DNA of 64,000 nt from Arenicellales bacterium (GTDB taxonomy: Bacteria > Pseudomonadota > Gammaproteobacteria > Arenicellales > CBDCFT01), in assembly GCA_965216735.1 (NCBI GenBank), contig OZ244198.1:39649-103648 (forward strand). The letters run 5' to 3'. Under the pieces are notes generated by a model that searched no databases, was not told the origin of the DNA, and saw only the letters and a program-made list of their open reading frames with translations. A program made the position numbers and the translations under genes. Positions 48,348 to 57,320 of the stretch are shown here, one piece after another; positions within the stretch are counted from its first letter, which is position 1; each line of letters opens with the position of its first letter.

Positions 48348-49370
48348 ATGAGAGTTTTCGTCAACGACGACCACCGATTGCATCAAACGAAGTTGGAACT
48401 GGTGCCGGGAAAGTTCGTTCCATGTCTCGACACCATTGCGCGTGTCGATGCCGTTGCCGAGGCGCTTCACGATCGCAACCTCGGGAAATTTGTGTATGCA
48501 ACGGCCGCAAACAAGGCCGATATTCTGGCCGTTCATACCCCGGATTACATCGAGTTCCTGGAGACAGCCTGGGCGGAATGGTGTGAAGCGTTCGATGCTG
48601 AGACCGACGGATTCCCATTTGTATGGCCGAACTGGCGCTTGACGCGAAAATGCCCGAAGACCATCGACGGAAAGATCGGTTACTACAGCATCGACGGGAT
48701 CAGTCCGATCACGGAAGGCGTATGGCCGGCTGCGATCGGGGCGGCTGGAGCGGCGCTCGCTGCTGCGCGATCCGTTATCGATGGAGATCGAATCAGTTTC
48801 GCTTTGTGCCGCCCGCCCGGGCATCATGCAGGTCCCGATCTGATGGGCGGTACAAGCTACATCAATCACACTGCGCTTGCCGCGAACCTGATGACTGTCG
48901 ACGGCGGCCGTACAGCGATCGTCGATATCGACGCGCACCATGGCAATGGAGCCCAACTGATTTTCTGGGACCGAGACGACGTTCTCACGATCTCGGTGCA
49001 CGGCGATCCTGCTTACGAGTTTCCATACTTTTCGGGCTACGCCGACGAGACCGGAGAAGGAGTCGGCGAAGGACTCAACCTGAATCTCCCTTTGCCGATT
49101 GGCGCAACCATTGAGACCTACCTCAGTGCTCTGGATCTGGCCATAGAACGGGTAACGGATTTCGGCCCTGACCTCCTGGTGATCGCGCTGGGTGTCGACG
49201 CGGTCCAAGAGGATCCAGGGGGACACTTAGGGCTCTTGCCGGACGATTTCTCGACGATTGGCGAACGACTCGCGGGTCTCGGTCTGCCGGCTGTTGCTGT
49301 GCTCGAAGGTGGTTACAGGCTGGATGTCATGGGCGCTTGTGTTGCCAATGTGCTCGAGCCGTTTCAGTGA
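48348..49370 (+). CDS. Histone-deacetylase-superfamily amidohydrolase (acetylpolyamine/acetoin-utilisation type)
   Basis: RPPGHHAG, VDIDAHHGNGAQ and FPYFSGY...GEG motifs of Zn-dependent HDAC-like deacetylases. Confidence 0.85.
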   Translation: MRVFVNDDHRLHQTKLELVPGKFVPCLDTIARVDAVAEALHDRNLGKFVYATAANKADILAVHTPDYIEFLETAWAEWCEAFDAETDGFPFVWPNWRLTRKCPKTIDGKIGYYSIDGISPITEGVWPAAIGAAGAALAAARSVIDGDRISFALCRPPGHHAGPDLMGGTSYINHTALAANLMTVDGGRTAIVDIDAHHGNGAQLIFWDRDDVLTISVHGDPAYEFPYFSGYADETGEGVGEGLNLNLPLPIGATIETYLSALDLAIERVTDFGPDLLVIALGVDAVQEDPGGHLGLLPDDFSTIGERLAGLGLPAVAVLEGGYRLDVMGACVANVLEPFQ

Positions 49371-49379
49371 GGACGGGGT

Positions 49380-51023
49380 ATGTCTCACGTAAAAAAGTTC
49401 GACTACATCGTTGTTGGGGCGGGGTCCGCAGGGTGCGCGATTGCCTCGCGGCTGAGCGAAAACCCTAGTATTCGGGTCCTTCTGCTGGAAGCCGGCGGTA
49501 CCGACATCAATCCTTTTGTCGCCTCGCCGCTTGGTGAGACGGCGATGCTGGAGCGCGCGCAGGACTGGAACTTCCCATCCGAGCCCGAACCGATGCTCAA
49601 CAACGCAAAGATGAAGTTGGCCCGCGGCAAGTGCCTCGGCGGAAGCTCGTCGATCAACGGGCAAATCGCTTTTCGCGGTCATCCGGAGGACTACGACGAA
49701 TGGGAGCACCTGGGCAATCCCGGCTGGAGCTACCAAGACGTCCTTCCCTTCTTCAAACGGATGGAGACCTATGAGGGAGGTGAAAGCGCGCACCGCGGTG
49801 GCAGTGGCCCTCTATCCGTAATCAATTCAACATTCTCTCATCCGCTGTGGGACGCGTTTATCGAATGTGGAAGAGAACTTGGTCACAAAGAGATCAAGGA
49901 CTTTAACAGCGGCGATATGGATGGGTTCGGATATTGCCAGCATACTCATTACAAATACCCATTGCTCCGTTGCTCGTCGTCCTATGCCTATCTCCTGAAA
50001 GCTCGATTTCGCGGGAATTTGACAATCAGCAAACACGCATTTGTCCAACGGCTAATCATTGAACAGGGCCAGGCCAAAGGTGTTAGCTATCGAAAAGACG
50101 GACGCATGATCGAGGCCCATGCTCGCTGCGAGGTTATCGTCAGCGCCGGCGCGTATATGAGCTCAAAGCTCTTGCTGATATCCGGTATTGGGCCAAAGGA
50201 CGAAATCGAAGCTGTCGGCGTGGAGTGTATCAACCACCTGCCTGGGGTGGGAAAGAGCCTCACGGACCAGATCGGTTCGTTTGTACAACACCACTCAAGG
50301 CAGCCTATCTCGTACTTCAAGTACACTAGACTGTACAACCAGATCGTTGCAGGGCTGCAGTGGCTGACCTTGGGACGCGGTCCGTTCACCGTCTTTCCGA
50401 TGAACTGCTCTGCGTTCCTTCGCTCGGAAGAGGGACTACGCCAGCCGGATGTGCAATTCTATATGTTCCCCGTCGCGGTAAATGCCTACAAGGACGACAC
50501 GTATGATACCCGGTTCCACGGGTTCAACATTCACTGGGGGCAGATTCATCCGGAGTCCGCCGGCGAGATTACGCTGCGGTCGGACGACCCCGACGAGTAC
50601 CCTCGCATCATCACTAATTTTTTCACGCACGAGAAAGATCGTCAGGTGAACCGCTGGGCGTTTCGCATGGCAAGGAAGATGATGGAAACCAAAGCGCTCA
50701 AGATTTTCAGCGCGGGTGAGGAAACACCTGGAACGCCTTGCGAATCTGACGAGGAGATCGATGAACTCACGAGCCGCTACTTCGCCAATCATTATCACGC
50801 GTCTGGCAGCAACAAGATGGGACCGTCAAGCGACGAGCGGGCAGTCGTTAGTGATGAATTGAAAGTCCATGGAATAGAACGGCTTCGGGTCGCGGATGTT
50901 TCTATCATGCCAAGGCCAGTGAGTGGCGGCTTCAACATCCCATCGATCATGATCGGTGAGAAGGCGTCCGACATGATCCTGACCGATCATGAACGTCTTC
51001 GAGATCAGCAACCGGGAGAATGA
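49380..51023 (+). CDS. GMC-family FAD oxidoreductase (choline dehydrogenase-like)
   Basis: FDYIVVGAGSAGCAIASRLSE, GKCLGGSSSINGQ and a C-terminal HASGSNKMG active-site region. Confidence 0.9.
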   Translation: MSHVKKFDYIVVGAGSAGCAIASRLSENPSIRVLLLEAGGTDINPFVASPLGETAMLERAQDWNFPSEPEPMLNNAKMKLARGKCLGGSSSINGQIAFRGHPEDYDEWEHLGNPGWSYQDVLPFFKRMETYEGGESAHRGGSGPLSVINSTFSHPLWDAFIECGRELGHKEIKDFNSGDMDGFGYCQHTHYKYPLLRCSSSYAYLLKARFRGNLTISKHAFVQRLIIEQGQAKGVSYRKDGRMIEAHARCEVIVSAGAYMSSKLLLISGIGPKDEIEAVGVECINHLPGVGKSLTDQIGSFVQHHSRQPISYFKYTRLYNQIVAGLQWLTLGRGPFTVFPMNCSAFLRSEEGLRQPDVQFYMFPVAVNAYKDDTYDTRFHGFNIHWGQIHPESAGEITLRSDDPDEYPRIITNFFTHEKDRQVNRWAFRMARKMMETKALKIFSAGEETPGTPCESDEEIDELTSRYFANHYHASGSNKMGPSSDERAVVSDELKVHGIERLRVADVSIMPRPVSGGFNIPSIMIGEKASDMILTDHERLRDQQPGE

Positions 51024-51319
51024 GCGTGAGCAACGTGAAGGGACAGTCGCGGTACTTCCCGATCGAAGAGTATGAAACGCGTTGGCAGAAGACCTGGGCT
51101 GAGATTCGCAATCGCGGCTACGAGACAGCCCTGATTTGCGGTAAGACCGGTTTCGTCTACGAGCGTGCCATGGACCTGATCTACCTGTCGAACTATCACT
51201 CTACTCAGGAACAGGAACCCGACACAGTCATGTGGCAAGCGCGGTCTTTCTCGGCCGTGGTGTTTCACGGCAACCCTGAGCCTGCAGTTCACATGGTCAG
51301 GGATAGGAGACGACTTTGA
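51020..51319 (+). CDS. Stand-alone Creatinase_N-like 99-aa ORF (gene fragment or small subunit)
   Basis: YFPIEEYETRWQKTWAEIRNRGYETALICG...DLIYLSNYHS parallels the N-domains of both M24 genes. It has 4-nt overlaps with both neighbours. Confidence 0.4.
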   Translation: MSVSNVKGQSRYFPIEEYETRWQKTWAEIRNRGYETALICGKTGFVYERAMDLIYLSNYHSTQEQEPDTVMWQARSFSAVVFHGNPEPAVHMVRDRRRL

Positions 51320-52188
51320 GTGACATAACGGTCCTTGGAATGGGTGCCATGGGGACGGCGATGGTCAGTGCGTTCATTGAGGGTGGCCTGTCTGTAACGG
51401 CCTGGAACCGGACATCGGACAAATTGGCCGCCGTGGAGGCGCTTGGCGCGCAGTGCATCGCTCAATGCGCCGACGCCATACGGCAGAGCTCGGTCACGAT
51501 CGTCTGTGTATCCGACTACGAAGCTCTTCACGATATTTTCAGCCGGCCCGGTGTCACACCGCTGCTAGACGGCCGAGTTATCGTCAACTTCAGCACCGGA
51601 ACACCGAATGAGGCGCGATCGGCGGAAGATACGATCCATAGCCTGGGAGGTTACTATCTCGATGGTGCTATCCTCGTCTATCCGGCGAATCTCGGAGCGC
51701 CGGACGCAAAAATTCTGGTATCCGGGAGCGCGCGCGTGTTCGCGAGTGTCGAATCCCAACTTCGCCATATGGGTGGCGATCTTCGCTATCTCGGGCAGAA
51801 CGTCGCAGCAGCAGCAGCGCTTGACCTGGCATTCTTGTCACGCTTGATGGCGATCGTGTTCGGCACCGCGCATGGCGCTAGTATCTGCGAATCGGAGGGT
51901 GTCTCTGTCGGTGATTTTGCTGATTTGTTGCCCAACGGCGATCGAGGCCAGATCATTGCGCGGGCGATTCACGACGACAATTTTTCTGTCGGCCCGTCCG
52001 GCGCCGCTTCAGAGGTCTCACAAGGTGCGCTTGCGCGACTCTGCGAGCAGGCGGCATGCGCCGGCATCAACAGCGAGATTCCACGCGTATTGCGCAATCT
52101 GGTTGATCGCGCCGTCGCGCTTGGCCATGGCAAGGAAGAAACAGCGTCGGTGATCAAGATTCTTCGGGCGCTTGAGCCAAGATCGTGA
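51316..52188 (+). CDS. NAD(P)-dependent beta-hydroxyacid dehydrogenase / imine-reductase-like oxidoreductase
   Basis: ITVLGMGAMGTAMVSAFIEGGLSVTAWNRT Rossmann N-terminus. TTG start after ggataggaga. Confidence 0.75.
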   Translation: MSDITVLGMGAMGTAMVSAFIEGGLSVTAWNRTSDKLAAVEALGAQCIAQCADAIRQSSVTIVCVSDYEALHDIFSRPGVTPLLDGRVIVNFSTGTPNEARSAEDTIHSLGGYYLDGAILVYPANLGAPDAKILVSGSARVFASVESQLRHMGGDLRYLGQNVAAAAALDLAFLSRLMAIVFGTAHGASICESEGVSVGDFADLLPNGDRGQIIARAIHDDNFSVGPSGAASEVSQGALARLCEQAACAGINSEIPRVLRNLVDRAVALGHGKEETASVIKILRALEPRS

Positions 52189-52667
52189 GAAAATTGGACG
52201 ATTATGACATCGCCATTCTTCGTACCCTGCAGCGTGACGGTCGGATCACCAAGGCGGCGCTGGCGAAAGCGGTCAACCTGTCGTCAAGCCCCTGCTGGGA
52301 GCGGCTTCGTCGACTCGAGGAGGCTAGCTACATCACTGGTTACCGCGCTGAAGTAGATATACGTAGAATTAGCCCGGTGATCGAGGTCATCGTTGAAGTG
52401 ACGCTGGCAAACCATCAAACAGCAGATTTCCAGCGTTTTGAAACGGCGGTCGAAAAAGTGCCGCAAATCGGGTACTGTGCTGCAACCGGTGGCGGTATCG
52501 ATTATGTCATGAAACTGATCGTCCGGGACGTCGATGCCTACCAACGGCTTATGGACAAGCTTCTCGACGAGGATATTGGTATCGACCGCTATTTCGGTTA
52601 TGTCGTAACCAAGCAGATCAAATCGACCCCGCCATTATTGAATGATTCCGATGATATAAACGGTTGA
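52185..52667 (+). CDS. Lrp/AsnC-family transcriptional regulator
   Basis: LDDYDIAILRTLQRDGRITKAALAKAVNLSSSPCWERLRRLEE HTH plus a RAM domain. Confidence 0.9.
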   Translation: MRKLDDYDIAILRTLQRDGRITKAALAKAVNLSSSPCWERLRRLEEASYITGYRAEVDIRRISPVIEVIVEVTLANHQTADFQRFETAVEKVPQIGYCAATGGGIDYVMKLIVRDVDAYQRLMDKLLDEDIGIDRYFGYVVTKQIKSTPPLLNDSDDING

Positions 52668-52839
52668 GACGGTGTCGCCGGTAGGTCCAGAAGAATACTC
52701 TGTCCGCCATATGACAAGTAATGATTTTTTCTTCTTTAGGCGGCCACAACAAAACAACATTCTTCAATCTTTCCACTAAGATTATCGTATTTAATGCACG
52801 CCGCTCGGAGGCATGCTTCAATGCATTGAGAGATTGAAA

Positions 52840-54330
52840 ATGAATACCAAGGGACACCGACGAACTTGTACAAACCTGCTTCGGCTACTCGACGATCAGA
52901 AGCTGATCCGCGAGTTCAGCTACATCGGTGGCAGCTGGGTCGCCGCTGCGAATGGCGCGACGGTTGAGGTCGAGGACCCCGCGAATGGCGCTTTATTGGG
53001 CAATGTGGCTGCGTTGTCTGCCGCCGAGAGCGCGGCCGCCGTCGACACCGCCCATGACGCATTCCCGGCTTGGGCGGGTTTGCTACCTCAAGAACGCTCC
53101 AAAATTATCCGTCGTTGGTTTGAGCTCGTCGTTGCGCACAAAGAGGACCTGGCGCGGATCATGACGCTGGAACAGGGCAAACCGATTTCGGAGGCCCGCG
53201 GAGAAATTGATTATGCGGCTACTTTTCTCGAATACTACGCGGAGGAAGCTAAGCGGCCGAATATCGAGAGCGTGACCTCGCATTTGCCCGACGCAGAGGT
53301 CGAGGTTTGGCTTGAACCCGTTGGTGTTGCCGCTCTGATCACACCATGGAACTTTCCTTCCGCAATGATCACGCGAAAAGCGGCGGCTGCACTCGCGGCG
53401 GGTTGTACAGTCGTGGTACATCCGTCACACGAAACCCCGTTTTCCGGTTTAGCACTGGCCGAACTAGCCGAGCGTGCCGGTTTTCCGACAGGCGTGTTCA
53501 ACGTAATTGGGGGGCGCGCCTCGGTGGTGGTGCCACCGTGGACTGAGGATCCCCGTGTACGTGTGCTTTCGTTCACAGGTTCCACTGTGGTTGGCAAAGT
53601 GCTCTACGGGAAGTGCGCCGAAACCGTAAAACGCATTGTCATGGAACTCGGTGGTCTAGCCCCATTTATATTATTTGCTGACGGCGATCTGGAACTCGCA
53701 GTCAACGAAGCCATTAAAGCGAAGTTCGCAACTTCAGGACAAGATTGCCTGGGGGCCAACCGCTTTTTTGTAGAGCGGCCGGTTTACGATGAATTTTGCT
53801 GCCAGTTTGCCGACCGCGCAGCGGCATTGACTGTGGGGCCAGGTATCGAAGACCCTGATATCGGTCCGTTGATGAACGAAAAAGCGGTTGCAAAACAGGA
53901 AGAACATATCGCCGATGCGCTTTCGAAAGGTGCCAAACTGGCGTGCGGAGGTCAGCGCCACCACGCTGGACCACTGTTTTTCCAACCTACAGTGTTGACG
54001 GATGTGCCGCTGAATGCGTTGATCATGCACGAGGAGACCTTCGGCCCAGTCGCGGCGATAGCGGCGTTTGACACCGAAGAGGAGGCATTAGACCGAGCGA
54101 ATGATACAGAATACGGTTTGATCGCCTATCTTCACACGCAGGACCCACGCCGGATATACCGTGCGAGCCGCTCGTTGCAATATGGCATGGTTGCGGTCAA
54201 CCGGACAAAAGTCACCGGCGCCCCGATTCCGTTTGGTGGCGTCAAACAATCCGGGTTGGGCCGGGAAGGTGCGCGGTTCGGTATGGAGGCATTCATGGAT
54301 GTGAAATACGTCTGCCGTGACTGGGCCTGA
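52840..54330 (+). CDS. NAD(P)-dependent aldehyde dehydrogenase (succinate-semialdehyde dehydrogenase-like)
   Basis: ITPWNFPSAMITRK, VMELGG and EETFGPV motifs. The catalytic Cys region is GQDCLGANR. The track start is 52813. Confidence 0.85.
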   Translation: MNTKGHRRTCTNLLRLLDDQKLIREFSYIGGSWVAAANGATVEVEDPANGALLGNVAALSAAESAAAVDTAHDAFPAWAGLLPQERSKIIRRWFELVVAHKEDLARIMTLEQGKPISEARGEIDYAATFLEYYAEEAKRPNIESVTSHLPDAEVEVWLEPVGVAALITPWNFPSAMITRKAAAALAAGCTVVVHPSHETPFSGLALAELAERAGFPTGVFNVIGGRASVVVPPWTEDPRVRVLSFTGSTVVGKVLYGKCAETVKRIVMELGGLAPFILFADGDLELAVNEAIKAKFATSGQDCLGANRFFVERPVYDEFCCQFADRAAALTVGPGIEDPDIGPLMNEKAVAKQEEHIADALSKGAKLACGGQRHHAGPLFFQPTVLTDVPLNALIMHEETFGPVAAIAAFDTEEEALDRANDTEYGLIAYLHTQDPRRIYRASRSLQYGMVAVNRTKVTGAPIPFGGVKQSGLGREGARFGMEAFMDVKYVCRDWA

Positions 54331-54352
54331 TAACTATTTACTGGAAAAAACT

Positions 54353-55729
54353 ATGTTAAACAATGATCAACTAAACCGATGGGACCGAGAGACGTTTTTC
54401 CATCCATCCACCCATGTGGCTATGCATGCACGTGGCGAGAGTCCTCAACGTATCGTGGTGGGTGGCGAAGGTGTGTACGTTACAGACAACAACGGACGCA
54501 AGAGCTTGGACGGTTTCGCCGGTTTGTACTGTGTCAACGTCGGTTACGGTCGTAAGGAAATAGCGCAAGCCATCGCCGACCAAGCACAGCAACTCTCGTA
54601 TTACCACGCGTACGCCGGACATGCGAGCGAGGCGGCCATCACGTTGGCCCACATGATTATCGAGCGCGCACCGACGCACATGAGCCATGTCTATTTCGGC
54701 TTATCCGGCTCGGACGCCAACGAAACCAATATCAAATTGGTTTGGTACATTAACAATGTACTCGGCCGACCGGGAAAAAAGAAGATTATTTCGCGTTGGC
54801 GTGGCTATCACGGCTCTGGTGTGATGACCGGGTCACTGACTGGTCTTGAGCTATTTCATAGTGCGTTCGATTTACCGCGTGTCCCTATACTACATACGCA
54901 AGCCCCCTACTATTTTCGCCGCGACGACTTGGATCAGACTGAAGAACAGTTCACCACCGATTGTGCGAAGAAACTGGAAGAACTTATCCTCGCTGAAGGC
55001 CCGGATACCGTAGCAGCGTTTATTGGTGAACCCATTCTGGGTACCGGTGGACTGGTGCCCCCTCCGCAGGGCTATTGGTCGAAGATTCAAGTTGTCTTAA
55101 AGAAGTACGATATCTTGCTCATTGCGGACGAAGTTGTCACCGGTTTCGGCCGCCTCGGATCCATGTTCGGTAGCGAGCATTACGGTATCAGACCGGACAT
55201 CATCACAATTGCAAAAGGGCTAACCTCAGCTTATGCACCCCTATCGGGGTCGATTGTCTCAGAAGAGCTTTGGAAAATTTTGGAACAAGGCTCCGATGAT
55301 CTAGGTGTGTTCGGACACGGCTGGACTTATTCTGCACACCCACTTTGTGCGGCCGCTGGGATTGCGAACCTGAAACTAATCGATCGTCTAGATCTTGTTA
55401 CCAATGCTCGCGATACGGGTGCGTACTTTCAGAAATCACTACATGAAGCATTTGATAATCACCCGATTATTGGCGATGTCCGTGGCGAGGGCCTAATGGC
55501 AGCGCTCGAGTTCGTCGCCGACAAAGACGATCGTGTGTTTTTTGACAGCTCGAAACAAGTTGGGCCGAGGATAGCAGCGGCGGCGCTCGAACATGGCCTC
55601 ATCGCCCGCGCGATGCCGCAGGGAGACATTTTGGGCTTTGCACCACCATTATGTATTTCCAAATACGAAGTGGATGAACTTGTTGACATGACCTTGGCTG
55701 CGGTCACAACGGTTGCCGAAGAACTCTAG
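54353..55729 (+). CDS. Class III (omega) aminotransferase
   Basis: LLIADEVVTGFGRLG and IITIAKGLTSAYAPL (PLP lysine) motifs. Confidence 0.9.
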   Translation: MLNNDQLNRWDRETFFHPSTHVAMHARGESPQRIVVGGEGVYVTDNNGRKSLDGFAGLYCVNVGYGRKEIAQAIADQAQQLSYYHAYAGHASEAAITLAHMIIERAPTHMSHVYFGLSGSDANETNIKLVWYINNVLGRPGKKKIISRWRGYHGSGVMTGSLTGLELFHSAFDLPRVPILHTQAPYYFRRDDLDQTEEQFTTDCAKKLEELILAEGPDTVAAFIGEPILGTGGLVPPPQGYWSKIQVVLKKYDILLIADEVVTGFGRLGSMFGSEHYGIRPDIITIAKGLTSAYAPLSGSIVSEELWKILEQGSDDLGVFGHGWTYSAHPLCAAAGIANLKLIDRLDLVTNARDTGAYFQKSLHEAFDNHPIIGDVRGEGLMAALEFVADKDDRVFFDSSKQVGPRIAAAALEHGLIARAMPQGDILGFAPPLCISKYEVDELVDMTLAAVTTVAEEL

Positions 55730-55857
55730 TCAGGAATGCATGTAACAAAAAAATGAACGTATATCTTTCTGTTTGCTGATACTTCACGGACGACTGACTA
55801 CAGCGAGTTTCGCTATATAATTGATGACAGTGTTGACGTCGCGGGAGACCGGAGTCA

Positions 55858-55941
55858 TTAAGGTTTGTTAGCCATCTGCGCATAACTCGCTATGTCACCA
55901 ACACACCAATTCCTCCACGACAGAGAGCTAACAAACCTTAA
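55858..55941. repeat. Perfect 15-bp inverted repeat with 54-nt spacer
   Basis: TTAAGGTTTGTTAGC (55858-72) pairs with GCTAACAAACCTTAA (55927-41). A third GTTAGC at 55943-48 allows an alternative pairing. Confidence 0.8.
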
Positions 55942-56070
55942 CGTTAGCACGCATTTTTGCTGTTATACAAAATTATCCGTAGTTAGCGTTTTCGGCAGTT
56001 CTATTTGGCGTTAATCCTTCGTGCACATCAAATCACGATTCACCCGAGCGAAATCAAATTATTTTTCCGC

Positions 56071-56098
56071 TATCGGTTCCCTCGCGGGGGAACCGATA
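56071..56098. repeat. Perfect 11-bp stem hairpin (6-nt loop)
   Basis: TATCGGTTCCC / GGGAACCGATA. Shares the GGAAC(C/G)GATATCC motif with the hairpin at 56423-56456. Confidence 0.8.
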
Positions 56099-56164
56099 TC
56101 CAGTGAGTGCGGTGGATAAATGCCTGTAGATTGATACGGTAATGAATCGACTTGGGAATCGAAC

Positions 56165-56213
56165 TCAAAAAGATGCGCGTCACTACGCAATCGTGCATTG
56201 GGTAGTGACGCGC
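56165..56213 (-). terminator. Intrinsic-terminator-like hairpin reading on the minus strand
   Basis: 12-bp perfect stem GCGCGTCACTAC/GTAGTGACGCGC (56175-56213). On the minus strand it is followed by ATCTTTTTG. Confidence 0.6.
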
Positions 56214-56422
56214 CTGGCAACAGCACGTTCAATAAGTAATACCAACACGATTAGCGTGGTGATGGGTTTGTGACGCGATAGATTGTATATATACAAATTC
56301 GATCTTCAGATCGATTTTGCCCACAAAGCCATCACCAACAGTGTCATCGAAATGGGGTCTGGACGAGCTGCTTTTGTGTTGGAATGAAGTCAGTGCAAAT
56401 AGACAAAAAGCCGATGTCAAGA

Positions 56423-56456
56423 GGATATCCGTTCCACAACGGGTGAACGGATATCC
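56423..56456. repeat. Perfect 12-bp stem hairpin (10-nt loop)
   Basis: GGATATCCGTTC / GAACGGATATCC. Confidence 0.8.
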
Positions 56457-57320
56457 CATTGAAAAATTCGTGCGATTGGAAAACAATATGCCACGAATGT
56501 AACAAGAACCGGAATGCTGTCCCGGAGATCGGTCCTCGACAAGAGAAGATCTTGTCCACGACAAAGGCAGTGCCCGCGGCTCCTAAACTCATGAGAGGAG
56601 CACTGGTTCGGTCAATCGACCGGGCCACTGAGTGCCGCCCCGTGTTATCGAAAAATTGGGTAACGCGAAGGGCAACCTTCCTACGGATACCCGTTATCCG
56701 TGTGGTGTGTACCATGCACCTGTTTGCGACTACCCACAAACAGACAGGTGCTTGAGTACGGCACCGAGAGACAAGCGTCATAAGGGACGCGAGGTTGCGC
56801 ATGGGGTTGGTACTCGGTTTTTCAAACCATCATCCCATTCCTGCCTTAAGTTCCCACAACCCTTCCACGAGAAGGTGCTCCCAAATTCGGTCTTGCAGGC
56901 GAACCGGATAGCGGAGCCAAGGGTGATGTCATCCAAGATGACGCTGATGACGATATAACAAGCTGTACCACGGCATCACCCACCTAATCGACCTGCAACC
57001 GGATGACTAAAGTGATCCGGCGGCCTATTACATGAGGGCCCGGCTATGGAAGTACTTGTGTGCATGGCCGTAAAAATCCGCTGATAGAAGATGGTGCAAT
57101 CCTGAACTAAGGGAATTCACCATCAGGCACAGACGAAGTCTGTGACTTGCGGAGCAACACTCACCGATAGAGTTCACACAAGTGATGGATTAGATGTATA
57201 GGAGATCGAGAGTTAAACGAAGGAATGAACGGAAATGGCACACGGCAATGAAATGCAGAAATGAAACGAAGGAGAAAGTGTGATGATGGATAGACAGATA
57301 CGCCATAGAGAGACGTCACC

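Noticed and set aside
47850-49226. 458-aa antisense ORF spanning the OCD-like and HDAC-like genes
   Set aside because: It lies antisense to two well-supported genes, shows no recognisable motifs, and arises from stop-codon paucity in GC-rich sequence. The same reasoning applies to 45405-46250, 36320-37021, 38495-39115 and 46457-46957.
55858-56456. CRISPR array or integron attC cassette sites
   Set aside because: The repeats are inverted, not direct and regularly spaced, so this is not a CRISPR array. No IntI-type integrase is present, and I could not fit the RYYYAAC / GTTRRRY core sites convincingly to the 15-bp inverted repeat.
56229-56802. 111-aa and 152-aa minus-strand ORFs as real genes upstream of the terminator-like hairpin
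   Set aside because: They overlap each other in different frames, have no SD or start context that I could see, and give Cys/Arg/Ser-rich translations with no family resemblance. The region is treated as non-coding or structured until tested.
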